A DNA stretch of 64,000 bases from a virus. Location of the stretch: positions 32,001-96,000 of IMG/VR virus record IMGVR_UViG_3300037468_000183. The stretch is one strand, 5' to 3'. The position numbers were made by a program, and so were the translations under genes. The notes under the pieces were generated by a model that had not been told where the DNA came from, ran no database searches, and worked only from the letters and a program-made list of their open reading frames with translations. Shown piece by piece: positions 19,485 through 28,357 of the stretch (its first letter is position 1; every line of letters begins with the position of its first letter).

Positions 19485-19826
19485 CTATGTCTTGAGAATC
19501 GCGTCCTGCATATCTGCGGGCAATCCGGCGATGATGGTATCTTCCAGCGGATTGTACGGATGCGCTGCGGGTTGTTCGATGGTATCCTGGAGCAGTGCGG
19601 CACGCACATGAGCCGCCGCCCCGCCGTCCGGGAACGTCAGCGTTGAGCCATCCACGAAGCGCACGAGTACGCCGGTATGCGTCTCGTGCTTGACCGCCAC
19701 TGTGACCGCAAATCCATTGCGATCCTGCTCATACTGCGGCACGTCTTTTCGCCACTGAAAGTCAAGGTTGGCCCAGGCGATGGCGTCTAGGTTAATGACA
19801 TGGCCGCCCACGGCGATACTGTTCAT
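19485..19826 (-). CDS. hypothetical protein
   Basis: AGGAG RBS; VINLDAI. Confidence 0.65.
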   Translation of the reverse strand: MNSIAVGGHVINLDAIAWANLDFQWRKDVPQYEQDRNGFAVTVAVKHETHTGVLVRFVDGSTLTFPDGGAAAHVRAALLQDTIEQPAAHPYNPLEDTIIAGLPADMQDAILKT

Positions 19827-20065
19827 TGCTCACTCCTATAATGCTTCGGATCGTCCGACCAGTGGCGGTCGAAAGGATCGGCAAAGCCGAGTACGTCCAC
19901 TGCGTAGCCGTATGCGGAGCAGATGACCTCTGGCGCATAGGCATTGTAGCCGTCAATCGTGGCTTTCGGCTCGAAGTCGTAGACTGCGCCGCCTGTCATG
20001 GCAATAAAGACGCCCTCGGCAAACTTGGGATATTCGGCGCTGTCCTCCTGCGGGGTATCGTCCAT
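19823..20065 (-). CDS. hypothetical acidic protein
   Basis: AAGGAGG RBS. Confidence 0.6.
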   Translation of the reverse strand: MDDTPQEDSAEYPKFAEGVFIAMTGGAVYDFEPKATIDGYNAYAPEVICSAYGYAVDVLGFADPFDRHWSDDPKHYRSEQ

Positions 20066-20182
20066 GTCATCCTCCTTACCTGAGTCCCCAGGCCGCGCCG
20101 GGTGACGCGGACACGACATAATACATGAATGCGCCGAATGCCACGCCGACGAGGAGCAGCAGAGCGGCGTCGATAAGACGGT

Positions 20183-20407
20183 TCATGCTTCCAGCCTAAT
20201 CTGAATCGCGGACTTGATTACCGCGGGCAAGTTGCTCCAGGCGATCAACGGCAGTGAGCGTTGCACCTTTGCGGGTCGCCACTGTATCCAAATGGCGGTG
20301 TTCATACGGGACAAATCAGGATTCGCCGTCACCTGATCTTCGCTGAAGAAATTCGCGTTTCCAGCACGTGAGCCGAGATGCAATGCTATCCACTGTGCGA
20401 TATTCAT
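20183..20407 (-). CDS. hypothetical protein
   Basis: AAGGAGG RBS. Confidence 0.6.
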   Translation of the reverse strand: MNIAQWIALHLGSRAGNANFFSEDQVTANPDLSRMNTAIWIQWRPAKVQRSLPLIAWSNLPAVIKSAIQIRLEA

Positions 20408-20423
20408 ACCCCATCCTCCTTTT

Positions 20424-20498
20424 GCAGGTCTAGCGCGCCTTGCCCATACGCGACATGCGCAGGGTTGCAACCGCCCGGATGACCGGGGAGTAGCGCAC
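20424..20498 (-). ncRNA. candidate structured RNA motif A, copy 1
   Basis: Shares blocks with 20990-21072. Confidence 0.4.
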
Positions 20499-20574
20499 CA
20501 CGAGTTGACACGTGACCCCTAGACCTGCGCCCAAGCAATCATGCTCCGGCCGCCGATAAATGCGACTCGGTTGG

Positions 20575-20910
20575 TTATGATGGCGTATGCCGCCGCTTGT
20601 ATATGGCGTATGCTGCACGATTCAAGTGGCGTTTGCGCCACCCATCGTAGATGCCCCTGATCCAGAGGCCAAGACTCATACTTACATGAGATTGCTCCTG
20701 CCACAACTTGACTTTCAACGTCTCGCGCATCTGGTAATAACGGTCGTTTTGCGCCTTACCACCCAAAATCTCAAGCCATTTTGCTTCGCCTTCGGGTGTA
20801 CCAAATACGACAGTCTCACGCGCCAGCAGTACACGCTCCCACAACTCATCGAATTCTGCTTGTTCTTCGGGTGTAGGCTCTTGGCGCGTATCCTCTTTTT
20901 CGTCAAACAT
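20575..20910 (-). CDS. hypothetical protein (lower GC)
   Basis: AAGGAG RBS. Confidence 0.65.
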   Translation of the reverse strand: MFDEKEDTRQEPTPEEQAEFDELWERVLLARETVVFGTPEGEAKWLEILGGKAQNDRYYQMRETLKVKLWQEQSHVSMSLGLWIRGIYDGWRKRHLNRAAYAIYKRRHTPS

Positions 20911-20989
20911 AGGTTTGCTCCTTCGATGCCAGCCTTTTGAGATGTCCGGCTGGCAGGGCGTGATATGCTTGCCGACCCACAGCGTCTAG

Positions 20990-21072
20990 TCAGGTCTGGC
21001 CCACATTGCCCACGGCGGCATGGTGTCCGTCAGGGTTGCAACCGCCCCGCTCACGCGAGGGAGTAGTGGACT
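20990..21072 (-). ncRNA. candidate structured RNA motif A, copy 2
   Basis: CTACTCCC-hairpin-GGGCGGTTGCAACCCTG...TGGGCAA...AGACCTG. Confidence 0.4.
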
Positions 21073-21293
21073 TCTAGATGACGCATCGTCAGCTTGTCCC
21101 TGTCACCGGCGGCCGGTTGCCGGTTGGTTCTGTTTGCCTGACCACGTGGATCAGCGAGTGCGCTTACCAGCCGCCTGTATCATCATGCCATCGCACCTCC
21201 TGTCTGTCATCTCCCGCCCTGGCGTCAAGTGTGACACGCCGTGCAGTCACGCTCCGCTAGGGGATTGTCACGAGCAGGGCAGGATATTGGCCG

Positions 21294-23049
21294 CTATGCC
21301 TCTCCGCCGCACATCGCGACGATGCTCGTCAGGGCGTCAATGATCCGGCCCATGTCCCCCACGTTGCCCCAGGTGACATCATCCGGTGCGACCTCGCCCA
21401 TGTCGGCCAGATAATCCTGGACACGAGACAGGAGTTCGGTCGCCACGGCGGTGCGGGCGATGTAGGCATCAAGTGCGGCCTGTTTGGTGTACATGGTTGC
21501 GTATCCTTCCCTATGCGATTCTGATGCAGTCATGCTGCACCTTGATCTTGCCTGCGTCGCACAGTGCGGCGATGATCTGCTGATACATATCCAGCGTCAT
21601 GCCGAACTCAGACATGGCGGCGTAGATGATGCCGCTCGGTGCGCCAGTCGGCCCGGCGTGTTCGGCAGCGTCCAGGATGGCCGCACAAGTCAGCCGGAGG
21701 ACCTTGATGGCCCGATCTTTGTCGGTCATGGTTGCGACTCCTGAAGGGGATGCACGAACTCCATCCCTCCGATGTCGTGCCGCTTGCACTGTGCCAATCC
21801 CTCAGCAATCAGCTTGTCCAGAACGGTCGGGTTGACGAAACCGGATGAATAACGGCCATCGAATCTGCGAATCGGTTCCTCGGTCAAGATTTGCAAAATC
21901 CGTTCACGCTCGTCGGTCATGGTTGCGACTCCTTGACAATCGCTGTGAAATAGCTCGTCTTGGGCCAATTGGCCCAGTCATCGCGGCTCGTCACGGTGCC
22001 GGGAATGTCGGCCGCGCGGAGCGCCTGCTCAACGCTGTTGGCCCACATTTCGGCGGTCTTCCCGAAGGCGTAGAAGTAGCTGCGCTTCAGTTCGATCTCG
22101 CCGGTTTTCTTGCAGACGATTTGGTCAGCGAAAACCGGGGCAACGTCCTGGATGAAGGTCTTGATGCGTTCCTGATACGGTGTCATGGTTGCGTGTCCTT
22201 TCCTGCGTGCTGCGGCGGGCATGGCCCTTCCGACCGGCGAAGGTCGGCGCTCGATGCCCGCCGCGGTTGTTGCGTTAGCGATAATTACGAACGGCCTTCT
22301 TGGCCGCTAATACTGCTGCGTCCCAGGCGTCGTAATCGGCATCGCTGTAGTCATCATTCGTCGGGATGGCTGAGCGGAACTGCGGCGCAACGATGTCGCG
22401 CACGAACTCGCGCAGTTGCTTGTTTGGTACATCGCCGGTGACAATGATGTCAATATTCCCATCGCCCGACTCTGAAACCTTCGGGTCTAGCAGTTTCACC
22501 CCGTCTACGGGGTGATTCACGATTGTGAATTTGATGGTTGCCATGTCCTTATCTCCTGTGTTTATTGGCTCCTGACTGCACACGTCAACGCTGCGATGGC
22601 GTGGCGCTGGATGTGCAGTCAGCAGCCAACAAGCGCGGGGCCTGTTGCTGCGGTGGTGTTAGCTGACCTGCTCCCAGATGAAGTCTTCAAGCGCCTTCTT
22701 GAAGTCGTGGTTGGTCAAGTACTCTCGAATCAGTTCGGTATCGGCTGCGGCGTCCAGCTTGCCCGCCTTGCGCTGCTCGTCTGCGATCTGGTTGAAGATG
22801 GCCCTTGCTTCTGCGGTGGTCATGTCTGCGGTCTCCTGTGCCCCGGTCGCTGCCGGGGCGGTGTTAGCGACTCGTTGCAATCCGGTCGCTGATTTTCCAT
22901 GCCAGTTCCTTGTCTTCCTGCGTTGCGCTGCGGCGAGCGAGCACCGTGCGGATGGCCTCACGAATGGTGCTCAGTCCCCACTCCCGCATGTAGCGCACGC
23001 TGTTCTGGTCTTGCTCGTTCAGGATGCTGCGGGCTTCATTGAGTTTCAT
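21294..23049 (-). CDS. cluster of seven small early ORFs (21294-21494, 21511-21729, 21726-21920, 21917-22186, 22275-22544, 22659-22823, 22864-23049)
   Basis: Each has an SD-like RBS; several share GCAACC-ATG; the cluster lies downstream of the strong leftward promoter. Confidence 0.7.
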
Positions 23050-23322
23050 CCTGTCCTCCTCGTGTCCAGTCATCAGCATTGTGTCGAGGCTTTGAACTCG
23101 CACCCAGGTGGGTGGCTGCTTTACTGGTTGCCTCTGGTTTCTTCTTTTGTAGCTGTGCCCCTGCCAGTTTTCGATTCCCTCACGCTCGCTCCGGGTTTTG
23201 CTTCGGGTGATCTGCTGGGTTACTATCCCGCTTGGTTCACCCGCCTCCCCGTCTCGTCGTGGCGGTCTGCCTGGTCGTTCGGTCTCGGCTTTCAAGGTGC
23301 TTTCTACTTTCTAACTATCTAC

Positions 23323-23351
23323 ACTATAGCACGTTTATACACGTTTGTCAA
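23323..23351 (-). promoter_or_regulatory. strong leftward early promoter
   Basis: TTGACA-17-TATAGT with extended TG; AAACGTG direct repeat in the spacer. Confidence 0.85.
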
Positions 23352-23423
23352 TAGGTAAAAGGACGAGTTTTGGAAATGTGTTAAAATGTTAAGGTTCAAA
23401 CTCATAAATACGCTGCGATAAGT

Positions 23424-23452
23424 TTGACAATCTGTTATAATGGGCTTAGACT
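23424..23452 (+). promoter_or_regulatory. rightward promoter
   Basis: TTGACA-17-TAGACT plus an overlapping TGnTATAAT; AAGGAG RBS follows. Confidence 0.75.
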
Positions 23453-23473
23453 ATAAACAAAGGAGCAACAACA

Positions 23474-23683
23474 ATGAGCGAAAACGAATATCTTACCGTG
23501 GATCAGGCGGCGGAGCGTGCCAACCGCCACGCGCAGACGATCAGGAATTGGGTACGCTCAGGCAAACTACCTGCCTTTCGCCTGGGGCAATCGTATTTAA
23601 TCCGGCCCGAAGACCTCGACGCAATGTATCAGCCGGTGCAGGTCAAGCCGGTGACGACCGTCGAGCCGGAGGTGGCGCCATGA
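23474..23683 (+). CDS. excisionase/HTH_17-type DNA-binding protein
   Basis: YLTVDQAAER...TIRNWVRSGKLPAFRLG.SYLI...DL. Confidence 0.9.
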   Translation: MSENEYLTVDQAAERANRHAQTIRNWVRSGKLPAFRLGQSYLIRPEDLDAMYQPVQVKPVTTVEPEVAP

Positions 23684-23979
23684 CCTGGCCTGCATCGGGC
23701 TGGACAACGCCGCTTGGCGAAACGTCGCCGCTGATTCATGGCGTCGTTCTGGCATTGCTGGCGCTGACGATCTGGATGTACGGCCATTATTACGTCTGGC
23801 CGGTCGTCGTGCGCATCGGACAACGCGTGCCACGGCCAACGCCGCGTATGCGCACGGCTCAGGTCGCGCCACAGCCAGCGGCGGCCGATGAGGTGGACGT
23901 AATGGCGGCTGATACTGAAACCGTAGCTCAGACGACGCGGCGCGGCAAATACAACATGGGATTCGACTGGGAGCGTTAG
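23680..23979 (+). CDS. small membrane protein
   Basis: ATGA coupling; one hydrophobic helix. Confidence 0.65.
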   Translation: MTWPASGWTTPLGETSPLIHGVVLALLALTIWMYGHYYVWPVVVRIGQRVPRPTPRMRTAQVAPQPAAADEVDVMAADTETVAQTTRRGKYNMGFDWER

Positions 23980-23982
23980 GCC

Positions 23983-25485
23983 ATGAGCGGTGGAAGGTTC
24001 GCACTTGCACTGGTGGCTGGCGGGGTCGTGATTGCCGTCTGCGTGATCGCGCTGAACTTTTTCGATCCACCGGCGCAGAGCGTGCGCGCCACGAGCGCGG
24101 CGTTGACCATCGCTGAGCAGCAGGCGCTCGCGCCGACCTGGATGGACGTCAAGCGCGGACTGCTGACAAGTGCGGGCATGGGTGGTTCGGTGCTGATCGT
24201 CTCGCTGTGCCTGGGCCTCTCGTTCCTGGTGCTACGCGAGCCCTTGCTCCTCCGCCATCACAAAGGTATCTTCCCCGCGTTCTTCACCATCCTCGGACTG
24301 CGCGCCAGCGACCCGCCCGGCAACCCGGAGGCGCACGCTGAGTATGCGCGTGTGGCTGGCGTGCAACGTCCGCTCGGTCGTCCGGCGTTGCCGCGGCCCG
24401 ACGCACAACTGGCGCTGCCCGCGCCCGATGATCTCACTGTCGAGCTTGATCCCGTCGAGGTCTTGGCTCCCGAACTGGATTCGCATCCGCACAAACTCAT
24501 CATTGCCGAGAGTCGCTTCGGCAAAACCAACTTGGCGTGGGCCATCATCCGGCGCTATCAAGCGGCGCTGCCGGATTGCGAGTTCCTGGTGCTGTCGATG
24601 ATCGAAAGCAAGTGGCCCGATCTGCAAGTCGCATCCACCGGCGCGCAGATGTTGGCGGCGATGACCGCCGTCGAGCAGGAATTGATCCGGCGCGACAATC
24701 TGCTGAAGCAACTCCGAATCACGGACGTGCACGAGAGTGACGTGCTGAACGCGTTCGCCGTGGTCTTCGATGAGGTCGAGACGACTTTCGAACTGATGTC
24801 CGGCGCACAGCGCACCGAGTTTCGGCGGCTGGTAACGCGCTACGTCAACCAAGCCGGCAACGTCAAAGGCGCGTTGATCTCGCTGTCGCAAACCGGCTCA
24901 CGCGACATTCTGCCGAAGTCGATCCTGGCGAATGCAGATTTGTATATCGGGCGTTGTGGCACCTACGTGCCGGCGTCGTTCTCGATCCAGGAACCGGTGC
25001 TCGTGAACGCGCTCAGCCGGGCTGAGAAGGGCCAGTGGTATTCGTATCGTCATCGGGCCTGGTTCACGGCTCCGCTGGTCAAACCGCCACATGATGTGCG
25101 GCTGTGGAGTGGCTGGAAGCCGACGCTGGAACTCACCGCCGATGGCGAGGCGGATGGCATGGGTGCCAATGATGCACCGGACGGCGCAGCCCTACCCCTA
25201 CTCCCTACTGACGGGGAGGGGGGGGTGTGGCCCGATTTCGGAGTAGGGGTAGGCGTAGGCGACAGTAGGGGATATACATTTGCCATCGATGAGACCTTCA
25301 AGCGGCGCGTTCTGGAGGTTTGGGATGGTCTGGAGAAGCCGAACTATACTGCCGTCCAGAAGATTATGTTTCCCGATCAGGAAGACGGCGGGGCGCACTG
25401 GAAGGCCATCAAGGCGGTCATCATCGCGCGCCGTGAGGTAGAGCGCCAGCGGCATCGCAAGCAATACCTGGAGGCAACAGCATGA
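23983..25485 (+). CDS. membrane-anchored FtsK/TraB-like P-loop ATPase
   Basis: Two N-terminal TM segments, Pro-rich linker, PHKLIIAESRFGKT (Walker A), ELIRR, VVFDE (Walker B), LSQ, small C-terminal domain. Confidence 0.65.
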   Translation: MSGGRFALALVAGGVVIAVCVIALNFFDPPAQSVRATSAALTIAEQQALAPTWMDVKRGLLTSAGMGGSVLIVSLCLGLSFLVLREPLLLRHHKGIFPAFFTILGLRASDPPGNPEAHAEYARVAGVQRPLGRPALPRPDAQLALPAPDDLTVELDPVEVLAPELDSHPHKLIIAESRFGKTNLAWAIIRRYQAALPDCEFLVLSMIESKWPDLQVASTGAQMLAAMTAVEQELIRRDNLLKQLRITDVHESDVLNAFAVVFDEVETTFELMSGAQRTEFRRLVTRYVNQAGNVKGALISLSQTGSRDILPKSILANADLYIGRCGTYVPASFSIQEPVLVNALSRAEKGQWYSYRHRAWFTAPLVKPPHDVRLWSGWKPTLELTADGEADGMGANDAPDGAALPLLPTDGEGGVWPDFGVGVGVGDSRGYTFAIDETFKRRVLEVWDGLEKPNYTAVQKIMFPDQEDGGAHWKAIKAVIIARREVERQRHRKQYLEATA

Positions 25486-25594
25486 AAGCCTGGCTATGGT
25501 TCGGCCTGGGCATGTTGACGATGTGGGTGCTCAGCAATCCGGGCATGTTCAAAGCCTGGCTGCTCAGCGCCTTCGCGATTATGGGAGTACACTG
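25482..25594 (+). CDS. tiny hydrophobic membrane peptide
   Basis: GGAGG RBS; MKAWLWFGLGMLTMWVLSNPGMFKAWLL... Confidence 0.5.
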
Positions 25595-25596
25595 AC

Positions 25597-26079
25597 ATGG
25601 CAACCATCATCGTTGCCGCGCCGCAATGCACGCCGGCGCGCTACTGGCAGACGCGTGTCGAGGGCCAGCTTGCAGAGTATGGCGCAAAACAGGCCGGCCT
25701 GCGCGTCGATGCGGAGGAAGTCGGGAAGTCCTACATCCGCATCAAGGTTGACGTTTCGGACGACTACGCCAACTTTGCCGAGTATACGCTACTGCGTTTC
25801 GGCTATCAGCAGATGTCGAAGCCCATCAATCCCAAGAATCAAAAGTTGGCGAAACGCTATCTCGACTTGGCGGCGGCTGGCGCATCATGGCAGGAAGCCG
25901 GCTGCAAGACGAAAAACAAAGGCGCGGTCATCGGGGAGCTTGGCGTGAGTGCGCCGGTGCCATCCTGGAAATCTCAGGGCAAACTATGGAGTCAAGGCTA
26001 TAAGCCGGCGACCAAACGCCGCAAGGCGCGTCAGCACAAGGGTGCTTTGCGGACATGGCTGGAGGATTTGCTACCATGA
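25597..26079 (+). CDS. basic hypothetical protein
   Basis: GGGAG RBS; operon position. Confidence 0.65.
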   Translation: MATIIVAAPQCTPARYWQTRVEGQLAEYGAKQAGLRVDAEEVGKSYIRIKVDVSDDYANFAEYTLLRFGYQQMSKPINPKNQKLAKRYLDLAAAGASWQEAGCKTKNKGAVIGELGVSAPVPSWKSQGKLWSQGYKPATKRRKARQHKGALRTWLEDLLP

Positions 26080-26551
26080 CCCTGCCGCAACTGCTCGCCA
26101 TCGCCGCTGGCATCGCCAGCATCATCCTGGTGCTGATCGACAACGAGCGCATCGCGGCACGCTCACCGCCAACGGACGCCACGGAGGACACGCCCGAACC
26201 GCAGCCGGCCATCCGGCTGAACTCATGGGATGAGCAGGAGCGATACATTCGGAGGGAGAAACCATGACCGGAGCATATTGGCCCGCGGCGACTTGGCCCG
26301 CAGATGACAACACGGAGGAAGCCATGACCGGAACGACACCACCGAAACAGCCGAGCACGACACTTGTCGCGTACTGTCCAGAGTGCTTTGGGATGCGCAT
26401 GATCCTGTGTCGCGAGAACATTGTGAGCGACCGGCCGCAAGCGTATTGGTTCGCCTGCACGGACTGTGGGGTAGAAACGACTCATGCGCCAACGCTCAGC
26501 GCCGTCAGAGACATGGTGCGCTGGGTGCCGATTGACGCCACGCTGGACTAG
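26076..26551 (+). CDS. small TM protein (26076-26267) and Zn-ribbon protein (26264-26551)
   Basis: ATGA couplings; CPEC...CTDC. Confidence 0.55.
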
Positions 26552-26566
26552 GCTGGACGCACCGCA

Positions 26567-26606
26567 AATGGCAAGGCCGACTTCTTGCGGAGTCGGCCTT
26601 GTCATT
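26567..26606. terminator. bidirectional hairpin
   Basis: Long inverted repeat between convergent ORFs. Confidence 0.65.
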
Positions 26607-26625
26607 GTTGGGGCAGGTGGTGCGG

Positions 26626-26880
26626 CTATTCGTCGGTCTTCCGTGGTCTTCCTCCGAGCTTGCCATTGGCGGCGCTGCTTTTGGCCTTGCGCTCGCTGCG
26701 GATGCTGCCTAGTGCAGCGGCGGCGGCGGATGTCGCACCGTAACTTATCACCTCGGCAAACAGGGCCTTGATTGTCGCTTCGTCTTTTACGGCAAAGCAC
26801 TTGCTGGCCCAGGGCCAATATGCGTCATTGTATGCGGAGCACTTGGCGATCAGTTCATCAATGTTAAGGTCGGGTTTCAC
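26626..26880 (-). CDS. small protein with C-terminal AT-hook-like motif
   Basis: AAALGSIRSERKAKSSAANGKLGGRPRK. Confidence 0.6.
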   Translation of the reverse strand: MKPDLNIDELIAKCSAYNDAYWPWASKCFAVKDEATIKALFAEVISYGATSAAAAALGSIRSERKAKSSAANGKLGGRPRKTDE

Positions 26881-27244
26881 GACTTACCGCGCGATACCGG
26901 ACGCCGCGTCACGTTGCCGCTTGACACGTGACGCGCATCGGATGTATGATACTCGCGATGCAGGCACAGACGCCCGCCGTGTGCGCGGGGCGCGTCAGGG
27001 GATGGGGCGCTCCGCCACACGCCTGCAACGCATACCACCGGAAACGCGGCGCTTTGGGCAGCGTCGCGCGACCGGCGCACCTGGAGCAGATGACGTGCCT
27101 TGAGAAAGCCACAGCAACGTCACGGATGCGTTTTCCCTCCTTGTTCCGTGTCCGAAGGTCGAGTGTGCGCAGACCTGTCTGCTCCATTGTTCTCACGGAT
27201 TCCCTCAGTGCAGTGCTCTCCTGGTCTCGAGCCTAAATTGCTGC

Positions 27245-27273
27245 TTGACACGCACCATGTATCGTGCTATGCT
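27245..27273 (+). promoter_or_regulatory. sigma70-type promoter
   Basis: TTGACA-17-TATGCT with extended TG. Confidence 0.7.
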
Positions 27274-27299
27274 GAACATAATACCAATCCACAATATGG

Positions 27300-27797
27300 A
27301 TGAAGATGAATGCCACCGAGCTACGCGCGTTTATTGCAGATCGCTACAACGACGATGAGCTGCGCGCGTTGGCGTTTGATCTTGGCATTCCGTTTGAGGA
27401 TTTAGGCGCACCAGATAGCGGCAAAACCGCACGCGTGCAAGCTCTCATCGAGTGGTGTAATCGTCATGGCCGCTACGCAGAACTGGAAACCACCGCTCGC
27501 CGCGCGCGTACATCCGCCACGGCAGCCCGGCCCGCGCCCGCGATGAATGACTGGGGGCCAGCCGGCATTGATCGCATGGTGCGTCACATGGATGAGCTAC
27601 GCGAGGATGTGGCCGAGCTGGTGACGAAAGTCGAGCTCCAGAACCAGAGGCTCGCGATGCTGGAGAAGCACATTGATAGGATCATCGAGCATCCGCGGTC
27701 AGTATCCTGGCAGACGTGGGCCGTGGCCATCATCGGTCTCGGAATGGCCGTGGCGCTGGTCTACAGCGTCGGACAGTTCTTGCTAGGCGGGCACTAA
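27300..27797 (+). CDS. effector-associated domain (EAD7-like) plus coiled coil plus C-terminal TM protein
   Basis: LRAFIADRYNDDELRALAFDLGIPFEDL...K..RV.ALIEWC.RHGR..EL. Confidence 0.7.
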   Translation: MKMNATELRAFIADRYNDDELRALAFDLGIPFEDLGAPDSGKTARVQALIEWCNRHGRYAELETTARRARTSATAARPAPAMNDWGPAGIDRMVRHMDELREDVAELVTKVELQNQRLAMLEKHIDRIIEHPRSVSWQTWAVAIIGLGMAVALVYSVGQFLLGGH

Positions 27798-28237
27798 TGG
27801 CAGATTATCCGCGTGAGGGTGTCGTCATCCTGTACGCGCTGCTGACGGCGACGCAGATTTATCTCGCGTTGCTATGGGCGCTGGGCCGGCTGCGACCGCT
27901 CGGCGTCGTCTGGAATACGCTCACCTATCTCGTGCTGGCGCTGGCGTTTGGCTTGACGACGCTGGGCACGTTCAACCCACCGCTCGTCAACCTGGTCGAG
28001 CAGCGCTGGCTGTTGCGGGCCTGTTATACGGCATACCTCGTCTTGTGCGTCTTCGCCATCCTGACACATTGGTTTTCGCTGTTTCGGCAGACGATGCGGC
28101 GCGACGCGGAGGACGCCCGACGCATTGCTGAGGCACGGCAGATCGTGGCGGAGGATCGGCGGCGCATAGCGGAGGATGCGCGCACCGCTGAGCAGGATGC
28201 ACGCAAGCATCCAGCGGATTCTCCGCCAGCATCCTGA
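27797..28237 (+). CDS. 3-TM membrane protein with charged tail (holin candidate)
   Basis: TAATG coupling; three hydrophobic helices; AEDARR repeats. Confidence 0.6.
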   Translation: MADYPREGVVILYALLTATQIYLALLWALGRLRPLGVVWNTLTYLVLALAFGLTTLGTFNPPLVNLVEQRWLLRACYTAYLVLCVFAILTHWFSLFRQTMRRDAEDARRIAEARQIVAEDRRRIAEDARTAEQDARKHPADSPPAS

Positions 28238-28357
28238 TGTGTGGCAGATGGCGCGCTGAACCTCCATCAGCCTGGCAGCGCCACCGGGGTTTGACATTGG
28301 CTGCGGAAGGTCGAGCGCGCAGACCTGTCTGCCACACGACATAACGGAGGCGACATA

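Noticed and set aside
20424-21072. Cobalamin, ZTP or SAH riboswitch, or HDV-like ribozyme
   Set aside because: Only short words (AGACCTG, TGGGCA, TTGCAAC) match; the required cores could not be built.
23075-23135. tRNA or hammerhead ribozyme (GTTCAAA, CTGATGA)
   Set aside because: No cloverleaf or acceptor stem; no correctly placed GAAA core.
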